Of a stretch of 64,000 bases of DNA, positions 62,701 through 64,000 are shown piece after piece. The notes beneath the pieces were generated by a model that was not told the DNA's origin, did not search any database, and worked only from the letters and a program-made list of their open reading frames with translations. This DNA is from Acanthaster planci (taxonomy: Eukaryota), in contig NW_019091356.1 of NCBI RefSeq assembly GCF_001949145.1, forward strand, positions 3,008,713 to 3,072,712, read 5' to 3'. The first letter of the stretch is position 1, and each line of letters begins with the position of its first letter. Made by a program: the position numbers and the translations under genes.

Positions 62701-63919
62701 ATCAGAGGGCTCTGGGTGACTTCAAGGGAGACGCTGTCCTGGGCATGGACGATGGTCCCGTTCATGACCACCTACAGAAAACCCCACAAGATTACAGATG
62801 TTAATTTGAATTGGATGACAACACTTGTGGCTGACACAGTACTTCTGTTCCAGCTAAAGACACAACAATCTTTCTAGAGATTTCACCGAGTGAGAAGCCT
62901 TTCAGTGAAAGATGCCCTTTAAAGGTCTGGATAAAAGTTGTTTAAAAGTGATCAAGTAGTTTGACTGTTTTGCACAATATTGCTTTTCTGGTTGGCTGAA
63001 GCCTGTGAAAGAATGCAAGAATATTCAGAGATGGGACAATATTTCAACAAAAAGGAAAACACAATAATCTAAATATTCATGCTTTGTGTCCTAAAAGCAT
63101 GCAAGCTTGGAAGATTGGGGATTTCATATCAGAACTTAGACAAGTGTTAAGTTAGTGGCAAAACTGTTAGTCAGTTGTGGCTTTGTTTCACCTACGTTGA
63201 GTGCAAACATGTAATGTCCATACGGCAGGTCCCATCTTGGGATGTGCAGCGTTCGCTGGTTGAGCGATGCCTGGTCTTGCTGTAGGGCAACTGCACTGCC
63301 GTTTTGGGCGTGGGTGACCGACCAGGAATAAAAAGCCAAGTTGGTGATCTCACAGTCGATTGCGACTTCAGCTTCTATGCGGATGTCTTCAGAGTGTCTC
63401 ACCTTTTTGTTGTGGTAACAGTAAAAAAAGATACGACTGACTGGAACATGTTTTTACATGGTGCCTTAAGGTGGGGCATGTGAGTTTCAGTCCTGCTAAC
63501 GTGAAGTGATTGCCAGGATTATAAATTTAGTAACTTCTACAAGCTTTATGGATCAATGTCAACTGGCTGGAATTTATAACTGGTTTTATATCTATAGAAC
63601 AACCCATTCCAACAGACTACATTCAGCTCACTTCATCAAACAACAAAGCTAGACACACTAGATTGAAATGAAATGAAAAATCTTCATGGGCCATCTCCCT
63701 TCTTTCCCGTGAGTAGAGTCGATACTTTCACTTGGGTAGAGCACTGACTTGCGTCAGGCAGGGTTTGGGAATTTACAAGCACTTACTGTCCTGGGATCGG
63801 TGCCTACAATGTCCATTACGGGTGGACGGCACATTCTGGTCAGGATGAAGATTTTGGATGTGGCCGTGGAGTTGCTGACCAGATTGCTCACTTCCAGGTG
63901 GAGGAAAAACTCTCCAGTT
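23769..63919 (-). CDS. PKD1L1: Polycystin-1 family protein, PKD1L1-like (5' end lies beyond the window); 45 exons, >3000 aa here
   Basis: Phase-consistent GT-AG exons in transcript order: 63787-63919, 63196-63402, 62590-62771, 61958-62221, 61031-61197, 60522-60635, 58947-60332, 57728-57961, 56986-57131, 56727-56856, 56048-56162, (gap)-52450, 51273-51401, 50621-50854, 49515-49796, 48989-49111, 48436-48587, 47592-47692, 46993-47127, 46549-46696, 46137-46289, 45405-45566, 44738-44954, 44297-44470, 43629-43745, 43438-43510, 42763-43052, 41768-42123, 40523-40607, 39974-40117, 39194-39312, 38580-38690, 37864-37987, 36735-37009, 36125-36238, 33902-34022, 30368-30469, 29030-29170, 28512-28646, 28066-28290, 27184-27342, 26619-26783, 25993-26129, 25148-25371, 23769-24568 (TGA). 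Family motifs: LEVSNLVS (PKD end), LNGSFSYDPD and GLCSITPDEG..TVFTINCLGWQD (REJ), CKCNHLTAF (GPS), PLAT, FTRIQRL, WIDEQTRAVIVEFTLYNAPTNL, KFLRLLRFN. AARQRSRYLRFARPP and VDELLFRMN resemble PKD1L1 as I recall it. The family call is firm; the paralog call is somewhat less so. Confidence 0.9.
29474..29688. mobile_element. TTAA-flanked (piggyBac-type) MITE, same family as 16549-16729
   Basis: TTAA|CCCTAACCCCCCAAGGGTTGCTGGCCCTAACC...GGTTAGGG|TTAA. Confidence 0.85.
30049..30357. mobile_element. MITE with CAGGGTTCCCAC TIRs
   Basis: Perfect 12-bp TIR and internal TTCCATGAC/TTTTCC subrepeats; one end lies 10 nt from the donor of exon 30368-30469; TSD not clear. Confidence 0.75.
30538..30595 (-). mobile_element. 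tRNA-derived SINE head or tRNA-like relic
   Basis: Minus strand reads AGCTCCCCAGTGGTA (A-box-like)...GGTCGCAGGTTCAAATCCCAC (B-box/T-arm); too short for a full cloverleaf. Confidence 0.5.
30700..30956. mobile_element. Possible MITE spanning the assembly gap
   Basis: ACCACGGACGT at 30700-30710 and its reverse complement ACGTCCGTGGT at 30946-30956 flank the N run. Confidence 0.5.
32344..32777. mobile_element. MITE with about 35-bp TIRs (AGGGCC.GCGACCATTTAGACCCGGTTTGAAAAGG)
   Basis: Near-perfect TIRs and internal TACCGGCCTGG tandem subrepeats. Confidence 0.85.
34744..35655 (+). CDS. P-loop sulfotransferase-like protein (related to the N-terminal domain of 'branched-chain aminotransferase-like' proteins), 303 aa, intronless CDS nested in a PKD1L1 intron
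   Basis: Clean GC3-rich ORF with ATG in good context (GACATGG). Motifs: VIVWGLPRTCSS (P-loop-like), VIIAKE, HVFLIRHP..MFHS, and PIIVDSDELLQSP..VL..LC..L.IPY..SILSW. A pyrimidine-AG acceptor ending at 34716 suggests an upstream non-coding exon. Confidence 0.85.
   Translation: MANQVRVIVWGLPRTCSSVLLKSLTSLPDSQMIYELYTDAYFWGPERLDQQNFPTVEGGDPAIKLSKDGLLRGSASGFDTSISTFDWVRRQLEADYPGKKVIIAKEIAPWLDGRYKDLPKGYRHVFLIRHPFKMFHSFKKINREFLEQKRGHPVGLEEAVLDQLPPHIMTPGMLYKEMTDLWQYIKDSNLDPDPIIVDSDELLQSPQNVLSYLCGQLRIPYTDSILSWEKGFNCTGSWVVSQEHKHLIQTMDSFVNFRNSTSFLKPKGTSKAPDWSTVDPDIRRCVEFSMPYFSQMYDKRGKF
42356..42465. repeat. 110-bp near-perfect inverted repeat (49-bp arms, 12-nt loop)
   Basis: 42356-42404 vs 42417-42465, two mismatches. 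Confidence 0.95.
44738..45566 (-). other. PLAT/LH2 domain exons
   Basis: YEITVETGMRAGAGTTARVSMVLHG...FEKNSRDRF...SLGNLRRLHVWHNNAGHSPSWFLSRVAVRD...WYFICERWFAVEEDDG. Confidence 0.93.
45215..45340. repeat. Degenerate pentanucleotide microsatellite (AGCCC/AGCCT/AGTCC)n
   Basis: 5-bp periodicity is visible directly. Confidence 0.75.
46549..47127 (-). other. GPS/GAIN autoproteolysis motif exons
   Basis: ECLYWNTQN|DAWVGDGCEVMHSSTYELTRCKCNHLTAFGV; canonical C-x-x-W...W...GC...C-x-C-x-HLT-x-F pattern, just before TM1 (exon 46137-46289). Confidence 0.9.
49842..49898. repeat. 18-bp tandem repeat x3 (ACCTTGTTAAAGTACCCG)
   Basis: Three exact copies in an intron. Confidence 0.9.
54068..54222. mobile_element. 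hAT-type MITE
   Basis: Termini CAGTGGCAGCGGA / TCCGTCGCCAGTG; 8-bp flanks CTGTAACC and CTGTAACT. Confidence 0.7.
55315..55527. mobile_element. Diverged member of the CCCTAA-tipped MITE family
   Basis: TTAACCCTAA...CCCATTCACAC...CACACTTTACT...TTCTGTGTGGTTAGGG, collinear with 29474-29688. Confidence 0.65.
57604..57688. repeat. About 25-bp tandem repeat (CTAGGAGTACCCCCAGTGCCCATCC), 3-4 copies
   Basis: Visible directly, in the intron next to exon 57728-57961. Confidence 0.85.
58355..58584. mobile_element. MITE with CAGGGCCCAATTTC-type TIRs
   Basis: CCAGGGCCCAATTTC at the left end and GAAATTTGGCCCTTG at the right end. Confidence 0.65.
58947..60332 (-). CDS. 1386-nt low-complexity PKD1L1 exon with acidic 7-aa (21-nt) repeats, GSFEEAG-like
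   Basis: Open ORF 58939-60339. Acceptor ...GGAAG|GT at 60332 and donor CTCG|GTAAGT at 58947; phase 1-1 fits both neighbouring exons. Confidence 0.85.
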
Positions 63920-64000
63920 CTGAGGTGAAGTCAGAAAAAAACACTCATATCTTTTTTTTGCTTGTAGGTTTGTTTTCAACACTTATAACAAGAAACTCTA

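Larger units (their letters stand above)
56048..63919 (-). other. PKD1L1-like exons encoding the end of a PKD domain and the REJ module
   Basis: Translations include GEFFLHLEVSNLVS...CRPPVMDIVG, IEAEVAIDC, HIPRWDLPYGHYMF, TVTLNGSFSYDPD, YNWTC, VSIDCLKC, LTIKPGLL, NRGPRAGLCSITP and FQLPAG, in the expected REJ order. Confidence 0.85.

Noticed and set aside
1..64000. Autonomous transposon, viral or horizontally acquired bacterial operon
   Set aside because: No transposase, reverse transcriptase, integrase or operon-like ORF cluster is visible; all mobile elements seen are short and non-coding.

Overview
Eukaryotic (animal) genomic DNA with GT-AG introns, many short non-autonomous DNA transposons and two assembly gaps (30774-30941, 51854-52429). 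The repeat landscape suggests a marine invertebrate, plausibly an echinoderm (inference only). Three genes can be built by hand from splice sites and codon phases. (1) A complete 6-exon type II thioesterase gene (OLAH-like, 257 aa) on + at 16099-19542. (2) A very large polycystin-1-family gene, most similar to PKD1L1, on - from beyond 64000 to its stop at 23769. It has 45 exons in the window (one mostly lost in a gap) encoding the end of a PKD domain, REJ, GPS, PLAT and the 11-TM/polycystin channel region, more than 3000 aa in all. (3) An intronless P-loop sulfotransferase-like gene (303 aa) nested antisense inside a PKD1L1 intron at 34744-35655. Bases 1-14 kb are mostly decayed local duplications and MITEs, possibly the 5' introns of a fourth, divergently transcribed gene. 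The most unusual items are a near-perfect orphan copy of one PKD1L1 exon stranded downstream of the gene, a Penelope-type inverted repeat with a hammerhead-like core, a 1.4-kb acidic heptapeptide-repeat exon inside the REJ module, and several filled/empty transposon site pairs. I see no prokaryotic-type system such as CRISPR. All family assignments come from motif recognition, not from database searches.
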